DNA from: an uncultured Spirochaetota bacterium
GTDB lineage: Bacteria; Spirochaetota; Spirochaetia; SZUA-6; Fen-1364
Assembly (NCBI GenBank): GCA_963845535.1
Contig: CAWJSK010000018.1
Location: 32,001 to 96,000 of the forward strand
DNA length: 64,000 nt
Reading direction: 5' to 3'
Shown: positions 19,275-29,284 of the stretch, piece by piece
Numbering within the stretch: position 1 is the first letter of the stretch
Layout: each line of letters starts with the position of its first letter
Position numbers and translations under genes: made by a program
The notes under the pieces: model-generated
The model's input: the letters and a program-made list of their open reading frames with translations, nothing else
Databases searched by the model: none
Told to the model about the DNA's origin: nothing

Positions 19275-19931
19275 TTACTGCGACGCTTCCTGAAGCCTTT
19301 GATAGGCGTCTGTGCCATTAAGACTTGCGTTCTTCTGAGCGTAATCGAAAGCTGTCTTTCCTTCGTTGTCTTTCTCTTTCGCGTCTGCGCCAGCTTTCAA
19401 CAGAGTCATGATCACCTCGGGATTCTGGTTGTACCGGGCGGCAAACATCAGCGCAGTTAGGCCATATCTATCTCGTGCATTGAGATCTGCTCCCGCTTGA
19501 ACAAGAGCGAAAATCACACCTGGATTCTGGTTGCCCCAGGCCGCCAACGTAAGCGGGGTCAGGCCATATCTGTCTCGAGCTTCGAAATCGGCTCCCGCCT
19601 GCACAAGAGCGAAAATCACTCCGGGATTCTGATTCCCCGAAGCCGCCAACATCAGCGCTGTCCAGCCGTAGTTGTCCCGTGCGTTGACATTGGCCCCTGC
19701 CTTTAGGAGCGTGCTGATGACCTCAGGATTTCGGTTGGAGGTGGCCGCATGCATCAGTGGTGTCCGGCCGTAGTTGTTCCGAGCGTTGATGTCCGCGCCT
19801 TGGTTGATGGCGGTTTGTACAGCTTGTGGTGTTCCAGTCTTTGCCAGCTCGAAGAAGTTTGTCGCCTGCGCATACATCGAAGCCGTCAAGAGGACCTCAA
19901 GAACTACGGCGACGACCATTCGCCCTCTCAC
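19275..19931 (-). CDS. Secreted ankyrin-repeat protein (paralogue 1)
   Basis: Signal peptide; 34-aa G.TPLM.AA..N.NP.VI..L..AGAD repeats. Confidence 0.92.
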   Translation of the reverse strand: MRGRMVVAVVLEVLLTASMYAQATNFFELAKTGTPQAVQTAINQGADINARNNYGRTPLMHAATSNRNPEVISTLLKAGANVNARDNYGWTALMLAASGNQNPGVIFALVQAGADFEARDRYGLTPLTLAAWGNQNPGVIFALVQAGADLNARDRYGLTALMFAARYNQNPEVIMTLLKAGADAKEKDNEGKTAFDYAQKNASLNGTDAYQRLQEASQ

Positions 19932-19948
19932 ATTGTTCTCTCCAAGGC

Positions 19949-19957
19949 ATTATACCA
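19949..19957 (-). promoter_or_regulatory. Extended -10 promoter of ankyrin gene 1
   Basis: TGGTATAAT 17 nt upstream of start; conserved in paralogue. Confidence 0.65.
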
Positions 19958-19969
19958 GGGGCGCAAACG

Positions 19970-20125
19970 CCATGCACGGGGAAAACTTCTGCCGCGCTAT
20001 CAGCTCCCTCGCCTTCGCCTCGACTTCGCTGCGGTGTCGCAGGAATGCGTGCAGTGGACCTTCTTTCTCGGAATTGAAGTGATCGTCCAGGGCCTCCGCT
20101 GAGATCTTGCACGGGATTCGGCGAC
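19970..20125 (-). pseudogene. DUF1488-like fragment
   Basis: IPCKISAEALDDHF...AFLRHRSEVEAKARELI; both ends lost. Confidence 0.55.
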
Positions 20126-20204
20126 ACCTCCGAACCTTTTGCATGACGGGCGACCGCGCGAAGAGCCTGTCATGTAATACCACGCCCACTCAGACCCTTG
20201 TCGA

Positions 20205-20759
20205 TTACTTTGACGCCTCCTGAAGCCGTCGATAAGCGTCGCTACCTTTCAGCTTTTCATTAACTTGCGCGTAATCAAAGGCTGTCATTCCCGTTTTGTC
20301 TCTTGCCTTTGCATCCGCGCCGGCCTTCAGGAGCGTGGTGATCACCTCGGGATTCAGATTGGAGATGGCGGCCCACATCAGCGGGGTCATGCCGTTCATG
20401 TCCCGGGCCTTCACGTCCGCTCCAGCTTTCAGAAGCACGGTGATGACGTCGGGATTCGGATTGGAGATGGCGGCCCACATCAACGGGGTCGTGCCGGCCT
20501 TGGCCCGAGAATTGATGGCCGCGCCAGCATCCAGGAGCGTGGTGATCACATCGGGGTGCTGGTTGTACTCAGCGGCGTACATCAGTGGGGTGACGCCGTT
20601 CATGTCTCGAGCCTTCGCGTCCGCGCCTTGGTTGATAGCGGCCAGTATACTCTGAGGAGTGCCGGTCTTTACCAGCTCGAAGAAGTCTGTCGTCTGTGCA
20701 TGCGTCCAAGCCGTCAAGAGGACCGCAAGGACTACGGCGACGACTATTCGCTTTCTCAT
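20205..20759 (-). CDS. Secreted ankyrin-repeat protein (paralogue 2)
   Basis: Same caps as paralogue 1 (FFEL.KTGTPQ; TAFDYAQ.N..L.G.DAY.RLQEAS), exactly 34 aa shorter. Confidence 0.92.
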   Translation of the reverse strand: MRKRIVVAVVLAVLLTAWTHAQTTDFFELVKTGTPQSILAAINQGADAKARDMNGVTPLMYAAEYNQHPDVITTLLDAGAAINSRAKAGTTPLMWAAISNPNPDVITVLLKAGADVKARDMNGMTPLMWAAISNLNPEVITTLLKAGADAKARDKTGMTAFDYAQVNEKLKGSDAYRRLQEASK

Positions 20760-20777
20760 ATTGTTCTTCCCAAAGGC

Positions 20778-20786
20778 ATTATATCA
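20778..20786 (-). promoter_or_regulatory. Extended -10 promoter of ankyrin gene 2
   Basis: TGATATAAT 18 nt upstream of start. Confidence 0.65.
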
Positions 20787-21063
20787 GGGACCCAAAGTGA
20801 CCCGAACATCATGTGCGGGGGAAACAGGCCAAACCCACGGGCGTCGTGGGCCTAGGATCGATCCGCGCGGAGCCTGCCGTACACTTTCACCTGGTCAAAA
20901 CGGAAGGCCCATCGGCGCGCCTGGTGGCGCAAGCCTCAGGGCGAATGGACATTATCTATCTATTTCTTCTTAATACTCTGTGGGTTTGTCGTGCATAGCG
21001 AACAGCGCGAAGGCGACGATTACGGCCGTAGGCTGCACGATACGCCGTGTGTAGGAGGTAGCA

Positions 21064-21257
21064 GTGGCAAAGACACCAGCCGTGAAGAAGGTGCCAGAAA
21101 AGCTCACCTGGCTTCCCTGGTTGAATACGTCGCGGAGAAAAACGGGCTTGCACGGAAGGAAGCCAAGCAGGTCATGGAGGACATCTTCGAGCTTGTGGCC
21201 ACTGGGGTCATGAGGGGAGAACGCGTGGCCATCGGCAGAACGAGCTCTATTTTCTAG
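21064..21257 (+). pseudogene. Truncated HU/IHF-family DNA-binding protein
   Basis: AGGAGGT RBS, GTG 21064, one frameshift, then LVEYVAEKNGLARKEAKQVMEDIFELV..GVMRGERVAIG; beta-arm half missing. Confidence 0.65.
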
Positions 21258-21265
21258 AAGAACCA

Positions 21266-22213
21266 ATGCCGCTCAACGTCGGAGCCCTCGCCGCTCTGGG
21301 AACCGCTTTAGCTTGGACTGTCACCGCAATCGCCTTCGAGTACGCGGGCAAAAGAATCGGGGCCTTGGTCCTCAATCTCCTGCGCCTGGCCTTGGGATGC
21401 CTCTTTCTCGGAATCTATGGCCTCCTCGTCCGCGGACGCTTTTTCCCCATCGACGCGCCCATCGCCTCCTGGGCATGGCTCGGAGCCTCCGGTCTCGTCG
21501 GCTTCGTGATCGGCGACCTCCTCCTCTTTCAAGCTTTTATCGACATGGGAGCGAGACTCTCCATGCTCGTGTACGCCACCGCTCCGATATTCACTGCCCT
21601 TCTGGGCCTGGCCGCCTTCGGCGAAAGGCTGAGCCTCCTGGGTCTGGGCGGCATGGCTCTCACGCTTTTGGGGATCACGATTGTTGTGCTATCCAAAAAG
21701 GCGGATGAGGAGGGGGTCCGAAGGGCTGCGGGCTTTCGGTCTTCGCTCCGCCTGCGAGGCGCCCTCCTGGCGGTGGGCGGGGCTATAGGACAGGCGGGTG
21801 GCCTCATCCTCGCCAAGTTGGGCGCCACTACCAACCCATCCGGCGGAGGCGCGGGCATCGCCTCGATGAATCCCTTCGCGGGCACCCAGATCCGGGTAAT
21901 CGCGGGCCTCCTGGGCTTCGCCCTGGTCATTACGGCGTCGGGCTCCTGGCGAGGCGTAGTCAAGGGGCTCAAAGACATGAAAGCGGTGGCCAGTCTCGGT
22001 ACCGGAGCTTTCTTCGGGCCCTTCCTGGGCGTGTCGCTGAGTCTCCTGGCCGTCCAGTCGGGCAACACAGGCGTCGCCTCGGCCATCATGTCGATCGTGC
22101 CTGTGCTCATCATCGCCCCCTCGGCTATCTTCTTCAAGGAAAGAGTCACTCTGCGCGAAATTCTCGGTTCCGCTGTCGCGGTCGCGGGAGTCTTCCTTCT
22201 CTTCCTGGCCTGA
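21266..22213 (+). CDS. EamA/DMT transporter
   Basis: ~10 TM in two repeats; SGLVGFVIGD, GPFLGVSLSL, FFKERVT. Confidence 0.92.
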   Translation: MPLNVGALAALGTALAWTVTAIAFEYAGKRIGALVLNLLRLALGCLFLGIYGLLVRGRFFPIDAPIASWAWLGASGLVGFVIGDLLLFQAFIDMGARLSMLVYATAPIFTALLGLAAFGERLSLLGLGGMALTLLGITIVVLSKKADEEGVRRAAGFRSSLRLRGALLAVGGAIGQAGGLILAKLGATTNPSGGGAGIASMNPFAGTQIRVIAGLLGFALVITASGSWRGVVKGLKDMKAVASLGTGAFFGPFLGVSLSLLAVQSGNTGVASAIMSIVPVLIIAPSAIFFKERVTLREILGSAVAVAGVFLLFLA

Positions 22214-22306
22214 TGGGCGGCCGACAGATGCGAAGGCTCTGTCGGTTGACGCATTCTCGTTGAGATAGCGGCCTCGGGCCAAAGTTTTTCTCTCCTCCGG
22301 CGCCTT

Positions 22307-25300
22307 TCAATATCCAGGTCTATCCAGTATTGCCCTTACCCTTTGAAGCAGTGTTGTCCCATCGAATGGCTTCTGAAGTAATTCCACCCCCTCTTCCAGC
22401 ACCCCGTTGTGTACGATCGCGTCCTCGGTGTATCCCGAGATAAAAAGCACTTCTGCGTCAGGGAATCGCTCCTTGACCCGCAGCCCCAGCTCTTTGCCAT
22501 CCATACCTGGCATGACCACGTCGGTAATGAGAAGGTCCAGGGCACCGCTCATCGATGAAAGCTTCTGGAGAGCCTCCTCGCCGGTAGCTGCTGAAGAAAT
22601 AGAGTAGCCCGCCGACTCCAGGATCGACTCCGTGAGGTTGCGGACCGCCTCATCGTCTTCGACAAGCAGGATCGCCTCGGTTCCCCGAAGGGGCCGTACA
22701 CGAGGCTCCTCAGATCGAGGCAGCTTCTGCGGCTGGCCTTCTGCACGCGGAAGGTAAATCTTGAACGTCGTGCCTTTGCCAACTTCGCTATAGCAGAAGA
22801 TGTAGCCTTCACTTTGCTTGACGATACCGTACACTGTGGAAAGGCCCAGTCCCGTTCCCTTGCCCTTTTCCTTGGTAGTGAAGAAAGGCTCGAATATCTG
22901 CCTCTGGGTATCTGCATCCATTCCGTGCCCTGTGTCGCTGACTGCCAGAAGCACATACTCGCCTTTCTTCACCTCAACATGCTCGTGTGTGTAGTCTTCA
23001 GCCAAGACCACGTTTGAAATCTCAATCGAGAGCACCCCTCCATCTGGCATGGCGTCTCGAGCGTTCACCGAAAGATTCATCACAACCTGTTCAATCTGTC
23101 CCGCGTCCGCTTGCACACTCCAGAGGTCAGCGGGTCGATGGACGTGAACGTAGACATCCTCACCCAAGAGACGCTTGAGCATTTCCTCCATCTCTTGGAC
23201 GAGCTCGCCAAGGTCAAGGATACGTGGCTGCAGCATCTGTTTGCGGCTGAAGGCCAAAAGTTGCGAAGTCAGCGTCCCGGCACGCCGCGTGGCGTGTTTG
23301 ATCTCGCGCAGATCGTGCTCGAGGTCCTGGTCAATCGCGTTTCGCGCCAGCGCCATCTCGCTAAACCCGTTGATCACAGTGAGAATGTTGTTGAAGTCAT
23401 GGGCAATTCCCCCCGCAAGCCTCCCAATGGCTTCCATTTTCTGCGACTGCTGAAGCTGGTCCTGAAGCTTCTTCTGTTCCTGCTCTGCACGCACACGCTC
23501 GCTGATATCCTCGACAAAACCCTCCAACCGCTCTCCGCGTGTTCCTTCGACTTTACCAAGCAAGCGCAAGCTTAAGTTCGCATCACCGGTCTGGCCGTTC
23601 TTTTTGCGAAAATGGTTGGAGAATACTCGCCACTGCCCCTCAGCGCGAGTGACTTGCTCCATTACCGCTTCTCGATCGCGCTGCTCTTCGTAGAGCACCT
23701 CGGCGATGTTTTTCTGGTTCACCGCCTGCATAAGCTCTTCGGGAGATCCGTAGCCCATGATCTTGGCCAAGGCAGGATTCGCCCTCAGCAGTTTCCCATC
23801 GAGCGTTGACTCAAAGGTTCCAAACGGAGCGTTTGTGAATAGAGAACGAAAGTGCTCTTCACTTCGCGCCAGAGCATCCTCGGTGCTTTTGCGTTCTGAA
23901 ATATCGCGCGAAATACCGAAGGTTCCGATGATGGTTCCCGTGGAGTCCCGAAGGGGCATCTTGGTCGTTGATACCCAAGAATCAGCATGCCCGGACCAGG
24001 TTTCTCTCTCCACCGCGTCGATGATCGGTTTTCCCGTTTGAATGATATTCTGCTCATCGTTGTAGGCTTTCTGCGCGTGCTCGCCAGTGAAAAAGTCAAA
24101 ATCCGTCTTCCCGACCAGTTCTCGCGGATCACTGCACTGGAATAGCTTCGCGTGAGCCTTGTTGTTCAGTATGAAACGGCTTTGAAGATCCTTGAAGTAT
24201 ATGTAATCAGGGATGTTATCCATCAGAGTGGAAAGGAAGGTGTGCTCGCTTTCCAGCGCTTCCTGGGCTTTTCTCAGCTCGCTGATATCGCGGCTTATGC
24301 CCACAAGACGCGTGACATGCCCTGCGGTGTCTGTGAGCGGGACTTTCGTCGTAAGAATGCTCTGGCGCGCTTCTCCAGTACCGCGGGGCTCCTCTCTGTT
24401 CACGATTCTGCAGCCTTCTCTGATGACCGCCTGCTCATCTGCGCGATATGTGTCCGCTAACTCCTTGGGGTAGAAGTCATGGTCGGTTTTCCCGATCAAA
24501 TCTTTCCAGGACAGAGCACCCATCATTTGGGCTACCGTATGGTTTGCCATAATGAACCTGCCCTCGCTGTCTTTCATATAGACACCGTCTGGCAGATTCT
24601 CGATCAGGGTCAGAAGCAGCCTTCTCTCATCTTCGACACGCTGCCTGAGGAGCGCATTTTCAGTGATGTCCTGCACAGTGCCGAAAGTGCCCACAAACTC
24701 CCCCTGCTCGTCACACTGAGGTACTGCGGTCACGTGAACGCGCCGAAGCTCTCCGTCGGCACGCGTGATGCTCAGTTCGTAAGTATCTCTTTCTCCCGCT
24801 TGGCGCCGTGCTGTTTGCAAGCGCACGCGGAAATACTCCTCCTCGCTAAGAAACTCCTTCAAATTGCGGCCCACAAGGCTACCCTTCCCCACTCCGAAGA
24901 TCTTCTGGGTCGCTGGGTTTGCAAAGGTGACCAATTCCGACGGGTCAACGCACAGAATCCCCATCTCAAGGTTTTCAACAAGCGAGCGGTATCGTTCCTC
25001 GCTTTGCTCCAGAGCCTTCTGAGCGGCGCGTTCTCTGCTCTGGTCTCGAAAGACAAGGACTACCCCTTTCATTACACCCGCTTTATCACGGATTGGAGCA
25101 CCGCTGTCGGCAATGGGCCGCTCAGTTCCATCACGAGCAATGAGTAGTGTGTGATTAGCCAGGCCTACGACTGCTCCTTCGCGCAGAACCCGCTGAACAG
25201 GGCTTTCCACGGGTCGACCGGTTTCCTCATTGACGATGCAAAACACTTCTTTCAGTGCCTTGCCGGTCGCGTCTGATTCGCTCCATCCAGTGAGCCTTTC

Positions 25301-25546
25301 CGCCGCCGGGTTCATCCGCCTTACTCGTCCACTCGCGTCCGCACCTATTACAGCATCCGCGATGCTGTAAAGTGTAGTGTGTAGCTCCTCCTGTGCAGCT
25401 TGTTGCTCACGGAGCAGGACCTGACGGCGACGCCACTCAAGGCCGAAGGCACCGCCGCCAACGAGGAGCAGCAGCGCAATCGCTATGATGCTGGCAACAC
25501 CCGTCGGGATGAACGCTTCAACAACTAATCTGAAAAACTCACCCAC
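22307..25546 (-). CDS. Membrane-anchored multi-PAS hybrid histidine kinase with receiver
   Basis: N-terminal TM, about 5 PAS/PAC, QKMEAIGRLAGGIAHDFNN, EPFFTTK..GKGTGLGL, REC LITDVVMP. Confidence 0.95.
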   Translation of the reverse strand: MGEFFRLVVEAFIPTGVASIIAIALLLLVGGGAFGLEWRRRQVLLREQQAAQEELHTTLYSIADAVIGADASGRVRRMNPAAERLTGWSESDATGKALKEVFCIVNEETGRPVESPVQRVLREGAVVGLANHTLLIARDGTERPIADSGAPIRDKAGVMKGVVLVFRDQSRERAAQKALEQSEERYRSLVENLEMGILCVDPSELVTFANPATQKIFGVGKGSLVGRNLKEFLSEEEYFRVRLQTARRQAGERDTYELSITRADGELRRVHVTAVPQCDEQGEFVGTFGTVQDITENALLRQRVEDERRLLLTLIENLPDGVYMKDSEGRFIMANHTVAQMMGALSWKDLIGKTDHDFYPKELADTYRADEQAVIREGCRIVNREEPRGTGEARQSILTTKVPLTDTAGHVTRLVGISRDISELRKAQEALESEHTFLSTLMDNIPDYIYFKDLQSRFILNNKAHAKLFQCSDPRELVGKTDFDFFTGEHAQKAYNDEQNIIQTGKPIIDAVERETWSGHADSWVSTTKMPLRDSTGTIIGTFGISRDISERKSTEDALARSEEHFRSLFTNAPFGTFESTLDGKLLRANPALAKIMGYGSPEELMQAVNQKNIAEVLYEEQRDREAVMEQVTRAEGQWRVFSNHFRKKNGQTGDANLSLRLLGKVEGTRGERLEGFVEDISERVRAEQEQKKLQDQLQQSQKMEAIGRLAGGIAHDFNNILTVINGFSEMALARNAIDQDLEHDLREIKHATRRAGTLTSQLLAFSRKQMLQPRILDLGELVQEMEEMLKRLLGEDVYVHVHRPADLWSVQADAGQIEQVVMNLSVNARDAMPDGGVLSIEISNVVLAEDYTHEHVEVKKGEYVLLAVSDTGHGMDADTQRQIFEPFFTTKEKGKGTGLGLSTVYGIVKQSEGYIFCYSEVGKGTTFKIYLPRAEGQPQKLPRSEEPRVRPLRGTEAILLVEDDEAVRNLTESILESAGYSISSAATGEEALQKLSSMSGALDLLITDVVMPGMDGKELGLRVKERFPDAEVLFISGYTEDAIVHNGVLEEGVELLQKPFDGTTLLQRVRAILDRPGY

Positions 25547-25572
25547 GGTCGTTCACCTCCTTCTCCCCATCG

Positions 25573-25797
25573 TCACCGTCCCCACACCAACCCATGATAG
25601 GTCGTCGTGGTGGCATCTCCGGTGAGCTTGAGCACAAGCCAGGCCTGCGCGGTGGTCTGCATCCCTGTGCTGGTGAGCGAGATGACCTGGCCGGTCCAGA
25701 AGAGGCGGAAATTGCGGACGCGGAGAGACTGAAAGCTGCGCGTTGCGACGCTCGAAAGGGCACCAATCTGCTTTCGCCAGGTCTCAGCAAGTTTCAC
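25573..25797 (-). pseudogene. N-terminal fragment of an MFS transporter
   Basis: FQSLRVRNFRLFWTGQVISL...MQTTAQAWLVLKLTG, then abrupt loss of homology. Confidence 0.8.
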
Positions 25798-26032
25798 TCT
25801 ACATCAGAGACAAGCCATGGCAAACAGTCATGCCACGCAATATGTGTCTCTCAATGTCGCATCGACGTTCCGTATGTTCATGTTCAGGAGCTTCCGGTCT
25901 TGCGGTTGCGCCAATGCGCGCGACTATCGTAAGGAAATGGGGCGTCTTTGTCTCGGGTAGAAAGGGGAACGGCCTGAAGCCTTTGATAGGTGTCGCCGAT
26001 CTCAATACGCGGCGAGCGAATCCGACGGGCTC

Positions 26033-27541
26033 TCAACCGGCCGAGGGCGTTCTTTCCGGCAGCTTGTGCCCGTCAGGGCCGACCCGCTGCTGTTGTTCGT
26101 CGCCGTCTGCCTCAACAAGCGCATGCTGCCCCTCCATCATGGCCACCCGCTTGCGCTCAAAGAGGTAGAAGGCTGCAGGCACCACGAAGAACGTGAGGAC
26201 AGCCGAAAGGAGGATTCCTCCCAGCATGACGATTCCCATCACGTGGCCGAACTCGGAGCCCTCGCCTCTTCCCAGGATCAGCGGGAAGCTGATGACGAGG
26301 ACCGTTATCGTGGTCATGACGATCGGGCGGAAGCGCAGCTGCGCGGACTCGGTCAGCGCCTGGACGAACGGCATCTTGCCGATGCGCTGCACGACGAAAT
26401 CGAGATACAGGATGGCATTTTTCGCCGAGAGACCGATCAGCATCAGCATGCCCATGACTCCGAAGATGTCCAGGCCGCCTCCCACGAAATAGACGAGAAT
26501 GAGGGCGCCGGTCAGGGCGAGGGGCACCGGCAGAAGCAGATAGATCGGATAGCGCCATGAGTTGAACTGTGCCGCCATGACCAGATAGGCAAGGAAGAAC
26601 GCCAGAAGGAAAGTCAGGGGGCCCGTCGTGAGAAGCTGTCGAGCAAGGGCCACTTGGTTGAAGTGGCCCGGCGCCGTCATGGTCATTCCTTCGTCAAGCA
26701 GCCCTGCCTTTGTGAGATCCGCCGTTATGCTATCCACGACAACGAGGGGGGGAGGGGCGTTTGGCGTCATGGTGATGGTCAGGTTCCCCGCGTACTCGCG
26801 ATTGTACCGGTTCACAGTGACGGGCGCCTGGTTCAGCATAAACGTCCCAAGCTGGCCCACCTGGAGGGTCGTCTGCAGCGCAGGGGAATAGATGGGGAGG
26901 TTCATCAGAGACTGCACCCCCGAAAGGGTTGTCGGGTCGGCCTGCACCTGGATGGGGTAGCTCAGACCCCCTGTCACCACGGTGGACGCCTGAACACCTG
27001 ACGTGTAGGTCTGCAGGTCGTCTCCTACCATCGCCGGTGTGATGCCCGTCCCATACATGCGCGAGGGGTCCGGCACGAAATCGCTCTCCATCGAAGTGTC
27101 CGACAGGCTGGAATAAGCGTCAGAGACCCAGGGGTCTTGACGGAGCACCTGCAGGATCCGGTTGTTGCGGCAATTGAGAATGTTGAAATCCGGGGAGAGC
27201 ACGTTCAGGGAGAGGGTCGAACCGGCCGATCCGAATCCACCTCCCGCGCTGACAAAAATTTGAGAGGATGGCTGGTCGCGGAGGAGAGTCAGGATGGTCC
27301 CTCGGTACCTGGGGATCATTTTGAAGATATTCGTGCGCTTGGCGATGGGAACGAGCTGGACGGTGATGGAGGCCGTGTTGTTCCCCGAAAAGATGCCGGA
27401 AATCCCATTGCCGCTGCTGCCAATGACCGATTGTACGGTCTCTACCTCTGGCTGTCGAAAGAGAAACGACTCGATCCTTCCCACATTATCGTTCGTCACC
27501 TCCAGGGGCGTGCCCGGGGGGTTACGGACGTAGATTTGCAT
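26033..27541 (-). pseudogene. C-terminal half of an AcrB-type RND permease
   Basis: PPGTPLE, YLVMAAQFNSW..P, LIGLSAKNAIL..DF, RFRPIVMTT; about 500 N-terminal aa missing, no MFP gene. Confidence 0.85.
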
Positions 27542-27784
27542 GACTCGGGAATCGCATGATCCGCAAGAACAAACCTGTCCACAGAAACGGGTCAACTCCA
27601 GTAGGCTGCTCGGCTCTGCTATCGCCCGATCTCAGGATCGCCACGACCGAAACCGGGCAGTCCGCCCCGTCTTCCGTCTCCACAGTCGATTTGTAGGCTT
27701 TTGGGCAACACTTTCCAACGCTGATCCTTATATTACTATTCTACCCCGCAGGAGCGGTCGGTATGCAAGAAAGGAGTCAAGATC

Positions 27785-28528
27785 ATGAGCAATTCCATCG
27801 AAGGGAAAGTCGTCGTCATCACGGGCGCCAGCAGTGGGCTGGGCGAAGCAACCGCCCGCCTTCTCTCCGCGCAGGGCGCGCATGTTGCTCTGGGCGCAAG
27901 GCGCCTGGATCGCATCCAGACTTTGGCGGATGGGCTGAAGGCCAGGGGCGGCAAGGCCCTTGCCTTGGCAACAGATGTCACGCAGCCCAACCAGGTCAAG
28001 GGGCTGGTCGACGCAGCCGTGCAGGCATTCGGGCGGGTAGATGTCATGATCAACAACGCGGGGCTGATGCCACTCTCCCCCTTTGAACGCCTCAAGATCG
28101 ACGATTGGGACCGGATGATCGACGTGAACATCAAAGGAGTTCTGTACGGCATCGCCGCGGCACTGCCATACATGAAGCAGCAGAAAGCCGGGCATTTCAT
28201 CAATGTCTCTTCCGTGGCTGGTCACAAAGTCCGTCCGGGCAACTCGGTCTATGCAGCCACCAAGCATGCTGTATTGGCCTTGTCCGAAGGGCTGCGGATG
28301 GAAGTGAAACCGTACAACATCCGAACGACGGTGATCTCACCGGGAGCGGTGGCTACTGAGCTGCCGAACAGCGTCACAGAACGGGATGTCGCCGAGATCG
28401 TTCGCAAGAGCTATGAAGCAGCGATTCCTGCGGAGTCCTTCGCGCGGGCAGTCGCCTTTGCCATCAGCCAACCAGAGGATGTGGACGTGAACGAAATCGT
28501 CTTCCGGCCCACGCGGCAGGAGTTCTGA
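27785..28528 (+). CDS. Classical SDR oxidoreductase
   Basis: [25 protein letters not shown]. Confidence 0.95.
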   Translation: MSNSIEGKVVVITGASSGLGEATARLLSAQGAHVALGARRLDRIQTLADGLKARGGKALALATDVTQPNQVKGLVDAAVQAFGRVDVMINNAGLMPLSPFERLKIDDWDRMIDVNIKGVLYGIAAALPYMKQQKAGHFINVSSVAGHKVRPGNSVYAATKHAVLALSEGLRMEVKPYNIRTTVISPGAVATELPNSVTERDVAEIVRKSYEAAIPAESFARAVAFAISQPEDVDVNEIVFRPTRQEF

Positions 28529-28561
28529 AGCATTCTTGCGCTGCACCGCGTCCCTTCGATC

Positions 28562-28589
28562 GTTGCAATCGGACTGTTGCAATCGGACT
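28562..28589 (+). repeat. 14-bp tandem direct repeat upstream of cysteine hydrolase gene
   Basis: GTTGCAATCGGACT at 28562 and 28576. Confidence 0.8.
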
Positions 28590-28649
28590 TGCATGCTCTC
28601 AGCTATGACTGATAGGCTGGTGGCCTAATTCTCGTGGAAGAGGTGCTTG

Positions 28650-29222
28650 ATGCCCTTCAGCCATTCAGCGCTCTTGGTCATGGACGTTCAGCAGGGCGTC
28701 GTCCAACGTTTCGGTGGCAACTTGGAAAGCCTGGGGCCGTTTCAACGGGCTGTCGGCGCTGCCCGCGCTGCCGGCGTGCCAGTGATCTTCGTTCGGGTTG
28801 CATTTCGAAACGGCTATCCTGAGGTGAGTTCGAGAAACAAACGCTTCTCGACGATCTCAAGTCGTGAGGGAATGACGCGAGACGATGCCTCTACCCAGAT
28901 TCACCCACTGGTAGCCCCACGTCCAGACGAGATCGTTGTCACCAAGCTGCGAGTGAGTGCATTCGCGGGAAGCGACCTTGAAGTTCTGCTGCGAGCAAAA
29001 CAGGTTGAGACCCTGGTGCTGACGGGAATTGCAACCAGCGGTGTGGTGCTGTCGACCTTGCGGGAAGCCGCGGATAAGGACTTCGGGCTGGTCGTGCTGT
29101 CCGATGCCTGCGTGGACGCTGATCCAGAAGTGCATGGAGTGTTGATCGAGAAGATATTCCCTCGGCAGGCGGAAGTGATGACCGTGGACGCATGGGCGGA
29201 GTCGCTGAAGGGGCAAGCCTAA
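28650..29222 (+). CDS. Isochorismatase/cysteine-hydrolase family
   Basis: ALLVMDVQ, K.RVSAF.GSDL, GIATSGVVLSTLREAAD. Confidence 0.9.
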   Translation: MPFSHSALLVMDVQQGVVQRFGGNLESLGPFQRAVGAARAAGVPVIFVRVAFRNGYPEVSSRNKRFSTISSREGMTRDDASTQIHPLVAPRPDEIVVTKLRVSAFAGSDLEVLLRAKQVETLVLTGIATSGVVLSTLREAADKDFGLVVLSDACVDADPEVHGVLIEKIFPRQAEVMTVDAWAESLKGQA

Positions 29223-29284
29223 GAAGGTTGCCCATTCGGGTATTCGGTCTCGTGAAACGGTGATCTATCCTGCAGGAGAAGAGT

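Noticed and set aside
27728..28267. 179-aa antisense ORF
   Set aside because: Typical open antisense frame of an SDR gene
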